A program made the position numbers and the translations under genes. DNA of 55,615 nt. Origin: Candidatus Saccharimonadota bacterium. Its GTDB lineage: Bacteria > Patescibacteriota > Saccharimonadia > Saccharimonadales > EFPC-124. The DNA lies in assembly GCA_029288315.1 (NCBI GenBank), contig JARIHL010000068.1, forward strand, positions 1 through 55,615. Reading direction: 5' to 3'. Under the pieces are notes generated by a model. That model was given only the letters and a program-made list of their open reading frames with translations, was not told the origin of the DNA and did not search any database. Below are positions 45,156 through 55,570 of the stretch, one piece after another (the stretch's first letter is position 1; each line of letters begins with the position of its first letter).

Positions 45156-45282
45156 ATTAGCATTTTATACCAGTTGTGTAGTCTCCGCACAACAGTTATT
45201 CATTTTTTACCTCAGTTAATAAACTTCTCATGACACACGGCAACGTCTGTCAACGCACCTTAAAAAATCGAGAGGCAGTGCC

Positions 45283-46206
45283 ATGACCAACCTCGGCCTA
45301 TGGGCCCCATTCATTGACGAGCAGGAAATGCGAAGCTGGTACGAATTGCCGACCAGCTTGCAGACTGAATGTCAAATTTACCAACCTGACGGGCATGAAC
45401 TTGACCCATTCTCTGAATCGGCTTTCGCCCGCTTGCATCGTGAAGCCGTGGCATATGCAGACCAATCAGTGGCCTACGCCAACCCTCCTTTCCATAACCA
45501 TGAGCATTTTCGGCAAGTCGAAGAGAACGGCTTGGCGGCAGCTGACGCCTACGCCAATGGTAATCGGCAGAAGTTGCCTGAGGCAGTGCGGCAAGCCCTG
45601 AGTCTTGCCCTGTACATGCACGATGCGCACCACTGTGCCAGTACTTTTCGCGTTGACGCTCGACACGGGTTGTATCGTCCTGAGCTTGGTGTGAATGTTT
45701 CACTCGAATGGGTGACGACAGGGGCAGCCAACGAATTCATGACCGCCAGAGGACTTTGCTTACCGGCACGGTTGTTCCAGGTTGGGATTATTTGGGCTTC
45801 AACGTATGGCGGCCAGACCCCTAAAGGTCGCGAACTGGGTATTCCAAACCCCCAACCACAAACCGTATGGGGCTGTATCACGCGAGCAGCCGATGTCTGT
45901 CCGCAGAAAGATTTTACTTCTTGGCTGCGAAAAGGCATCGCGGTGAACTACGGCGAGATTCCCGCTGCCAAAGCTGCTGATACTTGGCATGGTTTCTTTG
46001 ATCAGCTGAACAAATTTGTTGACTACGTCGAACACTGCATGAACAGGCTTGACACCACGGCGCAGGCACCGATTACCGTCACACTTGGATGGCGGAAACG
46101 GATCATTACCTTGCGCCAAGGACTGGCACAGCTCAAAGCTGGAGATCCGCAGCTGCGAACTTTCATTACTCAAGAGCTGCGTCAATACAACGCTACTCTC
46201 GGTTAA
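45283..46206 (+). CDS. HD-motif metal-dependent phosphohydrolase-like protein (moderately GC-enriched)
   Basis: FHNHEHFRQV ... LALYMHDAHH gives an H...HD arrangement. 307 aa with no closer family recognised. Confidence 0.45.
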   Translation: MTNLGLWAPFIDEQEMRSWYELPTSLQTECQIYQPDGHELDPFSESAFARLHREAVAYADQSVAYANPPFHNHEHFRQVEENGLAAADAYANGNRQKLPEAVRQALSLALYMHDAHHCASTFRVDARHGLYRPELGVNVSLEWVTTGAANEFMTARGLCLPARLFQVGIIWASTYGGQTPKGRELGIPNPQPQTVWGCITRAADVCPQKDFTSWLRKGIAVNYGEIPAAKAADTWHGFFDQLNKFVDYVEHCMNRLDTTAQAPITVTLGWRKRIITLRQGLAQLKAGDPQLRTFITQELRQYNATLG

Positions 46207-46235
46207 GATTGTGGGCGCCGGGGCGCCCACAATCT
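46206..46235 (+). terminator. GC-rich hairpin
   Basis: agattgtgggcgcc / ggcgcccacaatct overlaps the stop codon region of the 45283 gene. Confidence 0.55.
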
Positions 46236-46315
46236 ACTATTGGATCCGAGATTCAGATAATATATTCTTATTTCAAAAAGGCGTATACTAACATCATAAG
46301 TAAGAGGATAAAGCT

Positions 46316-46732
46316 ATGAATGTAGAAATAAACTGGCTTGCTGTTGCGCTGGCAACGGCTTCATCAATGGTAGTCGGCATGGTTTGGTATGCAAAATCAG
46401 TATTCGGAAAGCAATGGGCTAAACTGGTCAACCTTGATGAGAAGAAGATGAACGAGGGCGCCACCAAGGCTATTATTGTTACCATTGTAGTGAGCTTCTT
46501 GACTGCTTTCGTATTAGCACATGTTTCCGCTTTATCGCACGCTTACTTTAATAATCCTTATCTTCAAGATGTTCTGACGACCGCCTTTTGGCTTTGGCTT
46601 GGTTTGACCGCAGCGCGTATAATTACGCATGATATATTTGAAGGTCGGCCATTGCAACTGACAGCTATGAATGTGGCCCATGAATTCGTAACACTTATGG
46701 TTATGGGGCTGATTATTGGGCTCATCCCCTAA
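46316..46732 (+). CDS. DUF1761-like membrane protein
   Basis: INWLAVALATASSMVVGMVWYAKSVFGKQWAKL matches the N-terminal pattern I associate with DUF1761. 4 TM segments. Confidence 0.5.
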   Translation: MNVEINWLAVALATASSMVVGMVWYAKSVFGKQWAKLVNLDEKKMNEGATKAIIVTIVVSFLTAFVLAHVSALSHAYFNNPYLQDVLTTAFWLWLGLTAARIITHDIFEGRPLQLTAMNVAHEFVTLMVMGLIIGLIP

Positions 46733-46889
46733 ATTATTTTCACTACAATTGCCTATTTAATTTAAAAACTTCTCTGGAATGGTAGAGAGGTTTTTAATTT
46801 GGTTATTTAGATTGCAGAAATATTAAAATTCTATTAAGTTTTTTTGTTATACTAGTAAATTCATATAAGGATAACCATGATAGGAATTT

Positions 46890-48329
46890 ATGAATTATTC
46901 AAGTACCGCTTTTCACGAACAATATCCCACCTACGCCGATACTACTGAACTAGACAAGCTTCGAGCTATTGATTTTAAGCTTTTAGATGATACGAATGAA
47001 GTTTATTTAGACTACACAGGTGGCGGGCTGTATAGCACGTCCCAAGTAGCTGCTCATACAAAAATTCTACAAAATACCCTTTTTGGCAATCCACATTCTG
47101 ATAACCCTTCTTCAATTCGTGCAACAAAAATAATGGAGCAAGCACGTGCTGCTGTGCTAAGCTTTTTTGATGCTTCACCAGATGACTATTGCGTTATTTT
47201 TACTTCTAACGCTTCTGGCGCATTGCGCTTGGTCGGTGAAGCCTATCCTTTTAGGCTGACAGGTCAATTTTTGCAACTTATTGACAACCACAACTCTGTA
47301 AATGGTATTCGAGAATTTGCCCGGCAAGCTGGCTCATCAATTAGCCTTATTAAAAGTCAACGAGATGATCTTCAGGTTCGAACCGAAGATGTAATGACAG
47401 CTCTACGCAATCATCAAAAAGGTTCACGTCTCTTTGCCTATCCAGCGCAGTCCAACTTCAGTGGCGTGCAACATTCATTAGATTGGATCGCCTTGGCCCA
47501 AAGCGAGGGCTGGGATGTATTGCTTGATGCAGCCGCGTTTGTGCCGACTAACAAGCTTAGCTTTAGTCTCATAAAACCTGATTTCGTTTGCTTATCTTTT
47601 TACAAGATGTTTGGCTGGCCTACCGGTATTGGTTGCCTGATAGCTAAGAGGAGCTCCTTGCCAAAGTTGAAACGGCCTTGGTTCTCTGGCGGTACGGTAC
47701 AGGCTCTGAGCGTACAGGGAGACTGGCATATTATGGCCAATGAATATGAAGCATTTGAGGACGGTACAGTCAATTATTTAAATGCTCCTGCCATAACTCT
47801 TGGTCTTGATTACTTGCAAAAAATTGGTATAGAAACCATTCATACTCGCGTCATGTGTCTAACTGATTGGGTGCTGATGCAGCTAAAAACATTGAGACAT
47901 TCCAATGGAAGACCGCTTATAGAAATATATGGTCCGCTCACCACGCAAAACCGCGGTGCGGTCATCACCTTAAACTTTCTAACACCAGGAGGTCAGATTG
48001 TCGATGAACGCATTGTCAGCCGCGAGGCAAAAAAATACCGCATTTCTCTGCGCACGGGCTGTTTTTGTAACCCTGGCGCAGCAGAAATTGCTTTTAATTT
48101 GCCACCAGAAAAGCTGGCGGTCGGACGTAGTAATAGTAATGGTAATGGTAATGGTCAAAGCTTTGACCATTACCTGGCGCTTATGGAGTTGCAAAGCGGC
48201 AATGCGATCCGTATTTCATTTGGCTTGGCTAGCAACTTTAATGATGCGAAAGCTTTTTTGGAGTTTGCTCATACTTTTCGGGATACTCATTTTAGCACTC
48301 AAGATCTGCCGAAACGAGTTCATTGTTGA
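46890..48329 (+). CDS. class V PLP-dependent aminotransferase / molybdenum-cofactor-sulfurase-like desulfurase
   Basis: SFYKMFGWPTGIGCLI (PLP lysine context, as in the MOCOS N-terminal domain SFYKIFGFPTG), plus GNPHS and RTGCFCNPGA near the C-terminus. Confidence 0.7.
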   Translation: MNYSSTAFHEQYPTYADTTELDKLRAIDFKLLDDTNEVYLDYTGGGLYSTSQVAAHTKILQNTLFGNPHSDNPSSIRATKIMEQARAAVLSFFDASPDDYCVIFTSNASGALRLVGEAYPFRLTGQFLQLIDNHNSVNGIREFARQAGSSISLIKSQRDDLQVRTEDVMTALRNHQKGSRLFAYPAQSNFSGVQHSLDWIALAQSEGWDVLLDAAAFVPTNKLSFSLIKPDFVCLSFYKMFGWPTGIGCLIAKRSSLPKLKRPWFSGGTVQALSVQGDWHIMANEYEAFEDGTVNYLNAPAITLGLDYLQKIGIETIHTRVMCLTDWVLMQLKTLRHSNGRPLIEIYGPLTTQNRGAVITLNFLTPGGQIVDERIVSREAKKYRISLRTGCFCNPGAAEIAFNLPPEKLAVGRSNSNGNGNGQSFDHYLALMELQSGNAIRISFGLASNFNDAKAFLEFAHTFRDTHFSTQDLPKRVHC

Positions 48330-48428
48330 CCTCTTTTTTCTACACCACCTCACTTCCTCAAACCGTATTACCTGATCAAACAGATCAGGGAGGTGGCGTT
48401 CGACGTGAGAAAGTGAGTGTAGCTTTTT

Positions 48429-48526
48429 GGCAAGTATACCCCTACGTCATGGACACGCTTCACTTGGGTATATATTCGCCGGGTTGCACTCCGCTTGACG
48501 TTCCATGGCGTAGGGGTATACTTGCC
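48429..48526. mobile_element. MITE copy B (98 bp) with an 8-bp target-site duplication
   Basis: Same termini as copy A (ggcaagtatacccctacgtcatgg ... ccatggcgtaggggtatacttgcc). It is inverted relative to copy A and lacks A's central palindrome. An identical agcttttt flanks it at 48421-48428 and 48527-48534. Confidence 0.85.
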
Positions 48527-48591
48527 AGCTTTTTTATATTGAATTTTAAAGTTCTATGGGCTGAAGACCTACGGTCCGTCCCTAAAATTTT

Positions 48592-49683
48592 CTACAACTT
48601 TTCTAAAATATTCTTAAGTGTTGTCAAGAATTGATCGTTCTCAACCGGCAAGCCAACTGTTACACGCAGCCACTGTTCCATACCATACCCATCGAGCGGC
48701 CGCACAATGACACCGTGGCACAGCAACTTCTCATAGATAAGCTGAGCGGACGCCACTTTAAAGGTAATGAAGTTACCATAAGCTGGTAAATAATCTATAG
48801 CTAGACGCTTTAAACCAGCCATTATTTGAGCCTTTCCGTCAAGGTTCGCTTGGTAGCTCTTTGTTACAAAATCTTTGTCGGACAGAGCTGCTTGAGCTGC
48901 GACTAAGCCAATTGTACTAACGTTGAATGGCTGCCGAACCCGATTTAAATAGTCCCCTATTTCCGGAGAAGTCATGCCATAGCCAATACGTAATCCGGCA
49001 AGACCATAGATTTTAGAAAATGTTCGTACGAGGATGAGGTTTTGAAATACATCTAACCACTTGACTGTATCGACGCGATTTTTTGGCGTAAGGTAATCGT
49101 AATATGCTTCGTCAAGCACTACGATAATCTCAGGTGGCAGCTGTGTTAAAAAATCCTCTACTTGAGCATAAGGCAGAAAAGTACCAGTTGGATTATTGGG
49201 GTTGGCAATCCAGATCACTTTTGTAGCCGATGTCACCGCCTGAAGCATAGCAGATAAATCATGCCCGTACTGCCGGGCGGGCACAATACTATTACGTGCA
49301 CCGATTGCTTGGGTAGCTAATTGATACACAATAAAACTATATTGGGCAGAAATCGCTTCATCACCTGGCCCCAGGTAAGCACGAGCAACTAAATCCAGCA
49401 CATCATTTGAGCCATTACCCAAGACAAGTCTACCGGGCGCAAGATTATGGAGCACCGCCAGTTGATGTAAGAGATCATATTGGTCAGGATAGCGGTGAGC
49501 GCTTGTAGCCATCTGTTGTATGGCTTGGAGCGCTTTTGGGCTTGGGCCAAAGGGATTTTCATTAGAAGCCAGCTTTACGACTGCTTCTGCCGCGATACCA
49601 TATCGTTTTGTAATATAGTCTATCGGTAAACCAGGTTGATATGGATGAATAGTTTTAATTTGTAGGCGTGGTTTGCTGGTCAT
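48592..49683 (-). CDS. hisC: histidinol-phosphate/aromatic aminotransferase
   Basis: LASNENPFGPSP, NPNNPTG and FSKIYGLAGLRIGY (PLP lysine). It overlaps pheA by 4 nt (ATGA). Confidence 0.85.
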   Translation of the reverse strand: MTSKPRLQIKTIHPYQPGLPIDYITKRYGIAAEAVVKLASNENPFGPSPKALQAIQQMATSAHRYPDQYDLLHQLAVLHNLAPGRLVLGNGSNDVLDLVARAYLGPGDEAISAQYSFIVYQLATQAIGARNSIVPARQYGHDLSAMLQAVTSATKVIWIANPNNPTGTFLPYAQVEDFLTQLPPEIIVVLDEAYYDYLTPKNRVDTVKWLDVFQNLILVRTFSKIYGLAGLRIGYGMTSPEIGDYLNRVRQPFNVSTIGLVAAQAALSDKDFVTKSYQANLDGKAQIMAGLKRLAIDYLPAYGNFITFKVASAQLIYEKLLCHGVIVRPLDGYGMEQWLRVTVGLPVENDQFLTTLKNILEKL

Positions 49684-50753
49684 CGCCTAGCCTTGGGATA
49701 AGAGCCTACTATTTTAATAAGGCTTGAGTTAGCTTGTAAGCGAGCGAGTGCGCGGGCAACAGGCGCTTCAGTTTGGTGGCCCTCAATATCAATATAGAAG
49801 ATGTAATGCCAGAGCGCATGAGCCGCTGGTCGTGATTCAAGTTTGAGCATATTCACTCCCTCAGTGGCGAAAACGCGTAACAATTCCAACAAAGCACCTG
49901 GTTGATTTGGCGCCTGGCAAATCAACGACGTTTTGTCGGCACCACTTGGAACAGCTGTTGTAGTGCCTAGTAGTAAAAAACGGGTAGTATTGTGAGGATT
50001 ATTCTCAATATTTTTTGCTAGGATTGGCACATTATAGTGCACAGCAGCTCTTACACTAGCGATAGCGGCGACATTTGCAGCTTTATGCGTCATTTTGACT
50101 GCTGCAGCATTACTACTAGCCGGCTTTAGTTCAGCCTGTGGAATGTGCATGGCAAGCCAAGTTTGGCATTGGGCCAGTGCTTGCGGATGAGCAATCACCT
50201 TGCTAATTTCCCTTAGCGCTGTAGCGTATGATACTAATTGATGATGAATAGGGAGAGTAATCTCGCCAACAATAACAAGCGGTGTTTCAAGCAATAAATC
50301 AAGTGTACGATTAACACTCCCTTCAGTAGAATTTTCGACCGGCACGAGCGCGAGATCAGTAACCCCCGACTCAGTGGTACGCACAATATCATCAATAGTG
50401 GTGCAGGGTATGAACTCACTTGTCTGGCCGCAATAGTTCATAGCCGCTTCCTCGCTATACGTTCCCACTGGCCCAAGGTAAGCCATTCGTAAAGGTTGTT
50501 GGATATTACGGCAGCTGGCAATAATTTCTGTAAAAATAGTCTGTAAAGCTTGATTCGATAACGGCCCCAAATTATCTGCGGCTACCCTATTCAGTACAGC
50601 TGCTTCGCGTGCCGGATCATAAATGGAGCGGCCAGACTTAGCCTTACCAAGCTGCACAGCAATTTCGGCTCGCCTATTGAGCAAATAAACTAATTGCTGC
50701 GTAACATCATCTATCTGCTCACGTAGTCGCTGTAATTGATCGGTGTTGTCCAT
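49680..50753 (-). CDS. pheA: bifunctional chorismate mutase / prephenate dehydratase
   Basis: N-terminal CM helix LQRLREQIDDVTQQLVYLLNRRAEIAVQLGKAK, a PDT domain (AYLGPVGTYSEEA, TRFLLLG) and a C-terminal ACT domain (GALLELLRVFATEGVNMLKLESRP). Confidence 0.85.
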   Translation of the reverse strand: MDNTDQLQRLREQIDDVTQQLVYLLNRRAEIAVQLGKAKSGRSIYDPAREAAVLNRVAADNLGPLSNQALQTIFTEIIASCRNIQQPLRMAYLGPVGTYSEEAAMNYCGQTSEFIPCTTIDDIVRTTESGVTDLALVPVENSTEGSVNRTLDLLLETPLVIVGEITLPIHHQLVSYATALREISKVIAHPQALAQCQTWLAMHIPQAELKPASSNAAAVKMTHKAANVAAIASVRAAVHYNVPILAKNIENNPHNTTRFLLLGTTTAVPSGADKTSLICQAPNQPGALLELLRVFATEGVNMLKLESRPAAHALWHYIFYIDIEGHQTEAPVARALARLQANSSLIKIVGSYPKARR

Positions 50754-50891
50754 TAGTAGTTGATTGTAGCATTAAAGACGATCCCCAATCACCCACTACC
50801 ATTAGAATTCTACGCTTTCTCGCCATTCCTCAAATCAGGCCCAGTATTGAATTTATTTACTACGAGTAGCTATGCTACTATATGACAGATT

Positions 50892-52697
50892 ATGAGAGCT
50901 GATAGAAAGCTACCCGCCAAGGAGTATTTGTTGGCTGTGCTAGCAGTAGCCAAGCTTAGTTTTAAAACCGCCCCTTTGGCAGTTAGTTTCAAATTGGTTG
51001 GTGCGATCATTGACGCTAGTCTACCAATTGCAGTAACCTACTTCGCGGCGCTTACTACAACTGAGTTGGCCGCTGCCTATAATGGAGAGGCTGGCGCAGG
51101 CCACCAAGCACTTATGTACGTGGTTATAACCGCCAGCCTTGGTTTGGCTACCACAATATGGCGCAGTATTGATCAATATATCCAACAGCTTATGCGCTAC
51201 AAAGTTGAGGCCAAAGTGAGCGACATTATGTACGAACGCTTTCTGTCGCTAGAATTTTGGCGCTATGACGATAAAAATACTGCCGATCTCTACGATCGTG
51301 CCCAACGCTTTAGCCAGTTTTTTGCATACGTTTTTGACCGCTTGGCGGGTATTTTGACCCAAGTTATCACGCTCGTCTTTTCCATAGTTGCTCTGCTATT
51401 CTTTTTACCATGGATTGCCTTATTTGTGGCTATTGCCGTATGGCCAGGTGTGTATTTACAATTTAAATTATCTCGCGCCCAAATTAACCATTGGAATAAA
51501 AATGTCGATGTTCGTCGTGCTAAATCATATATTGAGTGGAATTTATTGCAGCCAAAATCAATTGCTGAGCTCCGGCTCAATGGATTAGTACGCCACTTGC
51601 TCGATTTGCGACAATCACTTCGAGACAAAGACGAACGTACACGTTTACAATTTGAGCGCAAGTTTATCAGCAAACGGCTTCTGGCAGATGCACTAGAAGC
51701 TGTGACTGAGCTGGGCGCGCTGGTTTGGATTGTATTACAAATTATCGCGCGCGAGCAACCAATTGGGCAATTTATTTACGTTCAGCAACTTGTTTCAAGG
51801 GCAATCGCCAGCGCGAATGGATTCGTGAGTCAGCTCAGTACTATTGACGAAGACCTGGCTAATTTATATGACTACCAGACGTTTATGGCATTACCTACGG
51901 GCCACGGCGGGACTCATCAACTTATTGACGCACCGGAAATTATCGAGTTTAAAGATGTCAGCTTTCGGTATCCAAAAGCTAAACGGTCAGTTCTCAAACA
52001 TATTAATCTGACGATTCAAAAAGGGCAGCATGTGGCCATCGTTGGCGAGAATGGCGCAGGTAAATCTACGCTCATTAAGCTGCTTACGGGGCTTTATCAG
52101 CCGACATCGGGCGTGATTGCGATAGATGGTAATCCTCTTACGGCTATCGATATTTCTACGTGGCACAAACAATTATCAGTATTACAGCAAGATTTTGAGA
52201 AGTATGGTTTTACCGACATTAAACATAATGTTTATTTTGGCGATGTGAATCGCCCTGTTAGTGACCGTCTTATTGATGATGTATTGCGTCAGGCTGAAGC
52301 AAGAGAGTTCGTTAATAAGTTGCCGCAGAAACTTCAAACATACCCAAGCACATGGATGGAAGACGACGAGGGCAATCAAGGAGTTAATCTTTCTGGTGGC
52401 CAATGGCAACGGCTGGCACTGGCTCGTAATTTTTATCGTAACTCTCCGATTATTATCTTAGACGAACCTACTAGCGCCATTGATGCGCTAGCGGAAACCC
52501 GAGTTTTTAAACGGCTGTTTGCTACATCCAATAATAAGACAGTCATTACCATTAGCCACCGGCTTACAACAGTGGAGCGCGCTGACTTTATTGTTGTGCT
52601 AGTGGCTGGCTCAATCGCCGAAGCTGGCACACATGCTGAATTGGTTGCCAAAAAAGGTGCATATTATCGTATGTTTGAGAGCCAGATTAAAAAATAG
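50892..52697 (+). CDS. ABC exporter, fused permease-ATPase (MsbA/type I exporter-like)
   Basis: Six TM helices N-terminal. Walker [10 protein letters not shown], signature [13 protein letters not shown], Walker [11 protein letters not shown]-loop ISHRL. Confidence 0.9.
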   Translation: MRADRKLPAKEYLLAVLAVAKLSFKTAPLAVSFKLVGAIIDASLPIAVTYFAALTTTELAAAYNGEAGAGHQALMYVVITASLGLATTIWRSIDQYIQQLMRYKVEAKVSDIMYERFLSLEFWRYDDKNTADLYDRAQRFSQFFAYVFDRLAGILTQVITLVFSIVALLFFLPWIALFVAIAVWPGVYLQFKLSRAQINHWNKNVDVRRAKSYIEWNLLQPKSIAELRLNGLVRHLLDLRQSLRDKDERTRLQFERKFISKRLLADALEAVTELGALVWIVLQIIAREQPIGQFIYVQQLVSRAIASANGFVSQLSTIDEDLANLYDYQTFMALPTGHGGTHQLIDAPEIIEFKDVSFRYPKAKRSVLKHINLTIQKGQHVAIVGENGAGKSTLIKLLTGLYQPTSGVIAIDGNPLTAIDISTWHKQLSVLQQDFEKYGFTDIKHNVYFGDVNRPVSDRLIDDVLRQAEAREFVNKLPQKLQTYPSTWMEDDEGNQGVNLSGGQWQRLALARNFYRNSPIIILDEPTSAIDALAETRVFKRLFATSNNKTVITISHRLTTVERADFIVVLVAGSIAEAGTHAELVAKKGAYYRMFESQIKK

Positions 52698-52804
52698 CAG
52701 AGCGATTAACTTTCTACTAGTTTATTTTATGTAAAATAATATACTTGACATTTTTCAAAAAAGTACTATATTAACATAACCAACTGTTTTAGGAGGTTAC
52801 GATA

Positions 52805-53509
52805 ATGGTAGGTGATACGACCGGGCAAAACGGCGAATATTTTGAAGATGCAGAATTCGGATTGGGCGGAGATTATACTGAACGTTTACGGCATGTTAAC
52901 GCAGCCAGTAAGCATATTATACCCGACCCTGAACTTCCGAACCGCACTGATTTAGCGGCTGAAGCTGAACGCATGCTAGAAGACGATACGGACTTAGAAA
53001 AAGAGCTCGTACTTCTACGCCAAGAGGCAAGGATCGCCGCTATGAAGGCTCCTTTAGAAGACCCAGACGACCAAACCGAGTGGTCTTCTGAACTTCATGA
53101 AGCGGTAGCCGAGTACGAAAAGTTACTTTCTGAGATAACAAATGTCAGGATAGCTGGTCTTCCTGAGCCTTTCCACGCCGGTGGCCCGCTGGAAGCTGCT
53201 GCGCAGGCTGCCTTTAAAAGTGCGGCCGCAGAAGTAACAATAGAAGAAATTACCCCTCAAGCACTCGCCGATCAATTGAGAGCCTTAATGGATATTGCTT
53301 TATTAGATCTTTTACCTGATGAAGGTTATCGCCGCGCTATGAGCCTTGTTAGTCTGGCAGCCGAGAGCGAAGCTGTTTGCGCAGATTGCGCAATAGAAGG
53401 ACAGAGTACTCCAGCCTTGCAAGAACTCGAAGTTTGTCGGTCACACGTACGTGCTTTTTTATTAGCGCACAAGGACCATAATCGTTACTCTGATCAAGAC
53501 TCAGCCTAG
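52805..53509 (+). CDS. acidic hypothetical protein
   Basis: 234 aa, AGGAGG 7 nt upstream. Strongly Glu/Asp/Ala-rich and helical, with a C-terminal CADCAIEG...CRSH. No family recognised. Confidence 0.5.
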   Translation: MVGDTTGQNGEYFEDAEFGLGGDYTERLRHVNAASKHIIPDPELPNRTDLAAEAERMLEDDTDLEKELVLLRQEARIAAMKAPLEDPDDQTEWSSELHEAVAEYEKLLSEITNVRIAGLPEPFHAGGPLEAAAQAAFKSAAAEVTIEEITPQALADQLRALMDIALLDLLPDEGYRRAMSLVSLAAESEAVCADCAIEGQSTPALQELEVCRSHVRAFLLAHKDHNRYSDQDSA

Positions 53510-53592
53510 TTAAGCCGTGGCGCCCAGGTATGCTACAGTAAGAATGCCGGAATTATGGCGTCAAATGTAATGCTGGTAAGGGGTAGTTAGTT

Positions 53593-53967
53593 ATGAACAA
53601 AATCATCATAGCCGATGATGACCAGTTTATGGAAACTGTTTACCGTGTTAAATTTGCGAGGCGAGGATTTGAAGTACGAATGGCCGCTGACGGCGACGAA
53701 GTATTTCGATTACTCAAGACCTTCACGCCAGATATTATTCTGTTAGATCTTGTCATGCCACATACTGACGGCTTTATGACGCTTATAAAAATGAGAAGGC
53801 ACGAGAAGTTTAAACATATACCTATTGTTGTTGCCTCAAACTTGGGACAACAAGAAGATATAGATAGGGCGCTTGCTTTAGGCGCTAATGATTATGTTAC
53901 CAAAAGTGATATGACAGTCGATGCTATTATCGATAAAGTAAACGCAGCACTCAATAAAACCAAATAG
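53593..53967 (+). CDS. single-domain response regulator (receiver only)
   Basis: IIIADDD, ILLDLVMPHTDG, IVVASN and the conserved-Lys region YVTKSD. 124 aa. Confidence 0.9.
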   Translation: MNKIIIADDDQFMETVYRVKFARRGFEVRMAADGDEVFRLLKTFTPDIILLDLVMPHTDGFMTLIKMRRHEKFKHIPIVVASNLGQQEDIDRALALGANDYVTKSDMTVDAIIDKVNAALNKTK

Positions 53968-54358
53968 GGTGCAAACACAAAAGAAGTTGATCGCATGAAG
54001 ATAGAATTTATTCCGTTCGCATCACATCAACTGTGCATCCTCTCGCAGCTATAAAATGGTTTACTGCTGATTGCTGGTGATGCCAGCAAGCTCAACGATG
54101 AGCAGCTTGGATCCGCGTCTTATTGGCTAGTTGATCTAAATTTACTGACAGGGAGATGGCGCTTGATGCTTAGATGTTGCTTACTCTTCTATGGTACATT
54201 AAAGATATGCCAAAGTTAAAATCAACAATCAGAAGCCATTGGTTATATAATAAAAAGTGACATGGCACTCGAGGCCATCATCGAACAAATTAATGCAGTC
54301 TTAGCTCAGGCGCAGCAAGCAGCTTGAAGCAAAAAAATAATATGGGTGGGAATACTTG

Positions 54359-55570
54359 ATGGAAATAAGTAATGCGCAGCTCTACAAAACACTTGAAGAG
54401 CTTGGTTATGTAAAACCAGTAGAGCTACAGCACGCTAAAGAACGAGCTGAAACAGAGCATATTTCACTTTACGATGCCTTACTAGGAAGTGATACTCTTT
54501 CGGATCAGGACTTAGGAAAAATCATTGCCTATTCGCTGAACCTTCCTTTTGTTTCTTTAGCTCAGCTCTCTATCCCTGATGAAGTTTTACGGCTCACGCC
54601 AGAAGATGTTGCTGCCCGGCACAAAGTTATTACTTTTGGCATTGACGATAAAGAACTTAAAATCGTCACCGTTAACCCAGCTACTACTGATCTTTTTGAG
54701 ATGTTAGCCAAAAAGGCTGGGGTTGCGAACTATCGGCTCTTTTACGCCACCCACCGCGACATTGAAGATGCGCTCAAATTGTACCGTAAACAGTTGCAAG
54801 CTACTTTTGAGGATTTGCTTTCAATAAAAATCAACAAGCAGGCTGAACCGCCGGTCGCGAAAATCGTTAATACGCTTATAGAATACGCCTATACCAGCAA
54901 GGCTTCAGATATCCACATTGAACCAATGCGCACCGCATCACTCGTCCGTTTTCGCATTGACGGCGTGCTGCATGATGAGATTCGGCTACCAAAAACGCTT
55001 CACAGCCAAGTAATAACACGTATTAAAGTGTTGGCGCGGCTGCGGACTGACGAACATTTCAGCGCTCAGGACGGACGCATGCGTTTTGCAATTGATGAAG
55101 ATGAAGAACTTGACATGCGCGTCTCAATCGTACCTGTTGTGAGCGGAGAAAAAGCAGTGCTGCGTTTGCTGAGTTCACATAATCGTCAATTTAGTTTGAC
55201 CGATCTTGGTATGGCAGAGGCCGATCTCGCCAAAGTACGTCGCGGGTTTAACCGGCCGTACGGTATGGTGTTGGCAACTGGGCCGACTGGTTCAGGTAAA
55301 ACCACGACTATGTACGCAATTTTGAAGATTCTTAATACGCGCGACCGCAATATTGCCACTATCGAAGACCCTGTTGAATATGAGATTGAAGGCATTAATC
55401 AAATTCAAACCAACTCCAAGGCGCGGCTAACATTTGCCCAAGGCTTACGTTCAATTTTGCGCCAAGACCCAAATATTATTTATGTTGGTGAAATTCGCGA
55501 TGATGAAACAGCCGACATTGCCCTCAACTCAGCCATGACTGGGCACTTAGTATTAAGCACACTTCATACT
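54359..55570 (+). CDS. pilB: type IV pilus / type II secretion ATPase (PilB/GspE family), 3'-partial
   Basis: Not in the ORF track because it has no stop before the adapter. My translation from the ATG at 54359 reads MEISNAQLYKTLEELGYV (GSPII_E N-domain), ASDIHIEP, RFRIDGVL, Walker A ATGPTGSGKTTT, TIEDPVEY, RQDPNIIYVGEIRD and GHLVLSTLHT. It is cut off at 55570 by adapter sequence. Confidence 0.9.

Noticed and set aside
48323-48634. 103-aa ORF across MITE copy B. Likewise ORFs 42721-42969, 42778-42975 and 30887-31234 run across palindromic elements.
   Set aside because: These reading frames run through repeat or palindrome sequence in intergenic space, have no SD, and mirror each other on both strands. 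I treat them as artefacts of the repeats.
53968-54358. 390-nt gap between the response regulator and pilB, with only 18- and 21-codon ORFs.
   Set aside because: No convincing coding frame, repeat or RNA structure seen. It is probably a promoter/leader region, and nothing specific can be supported.
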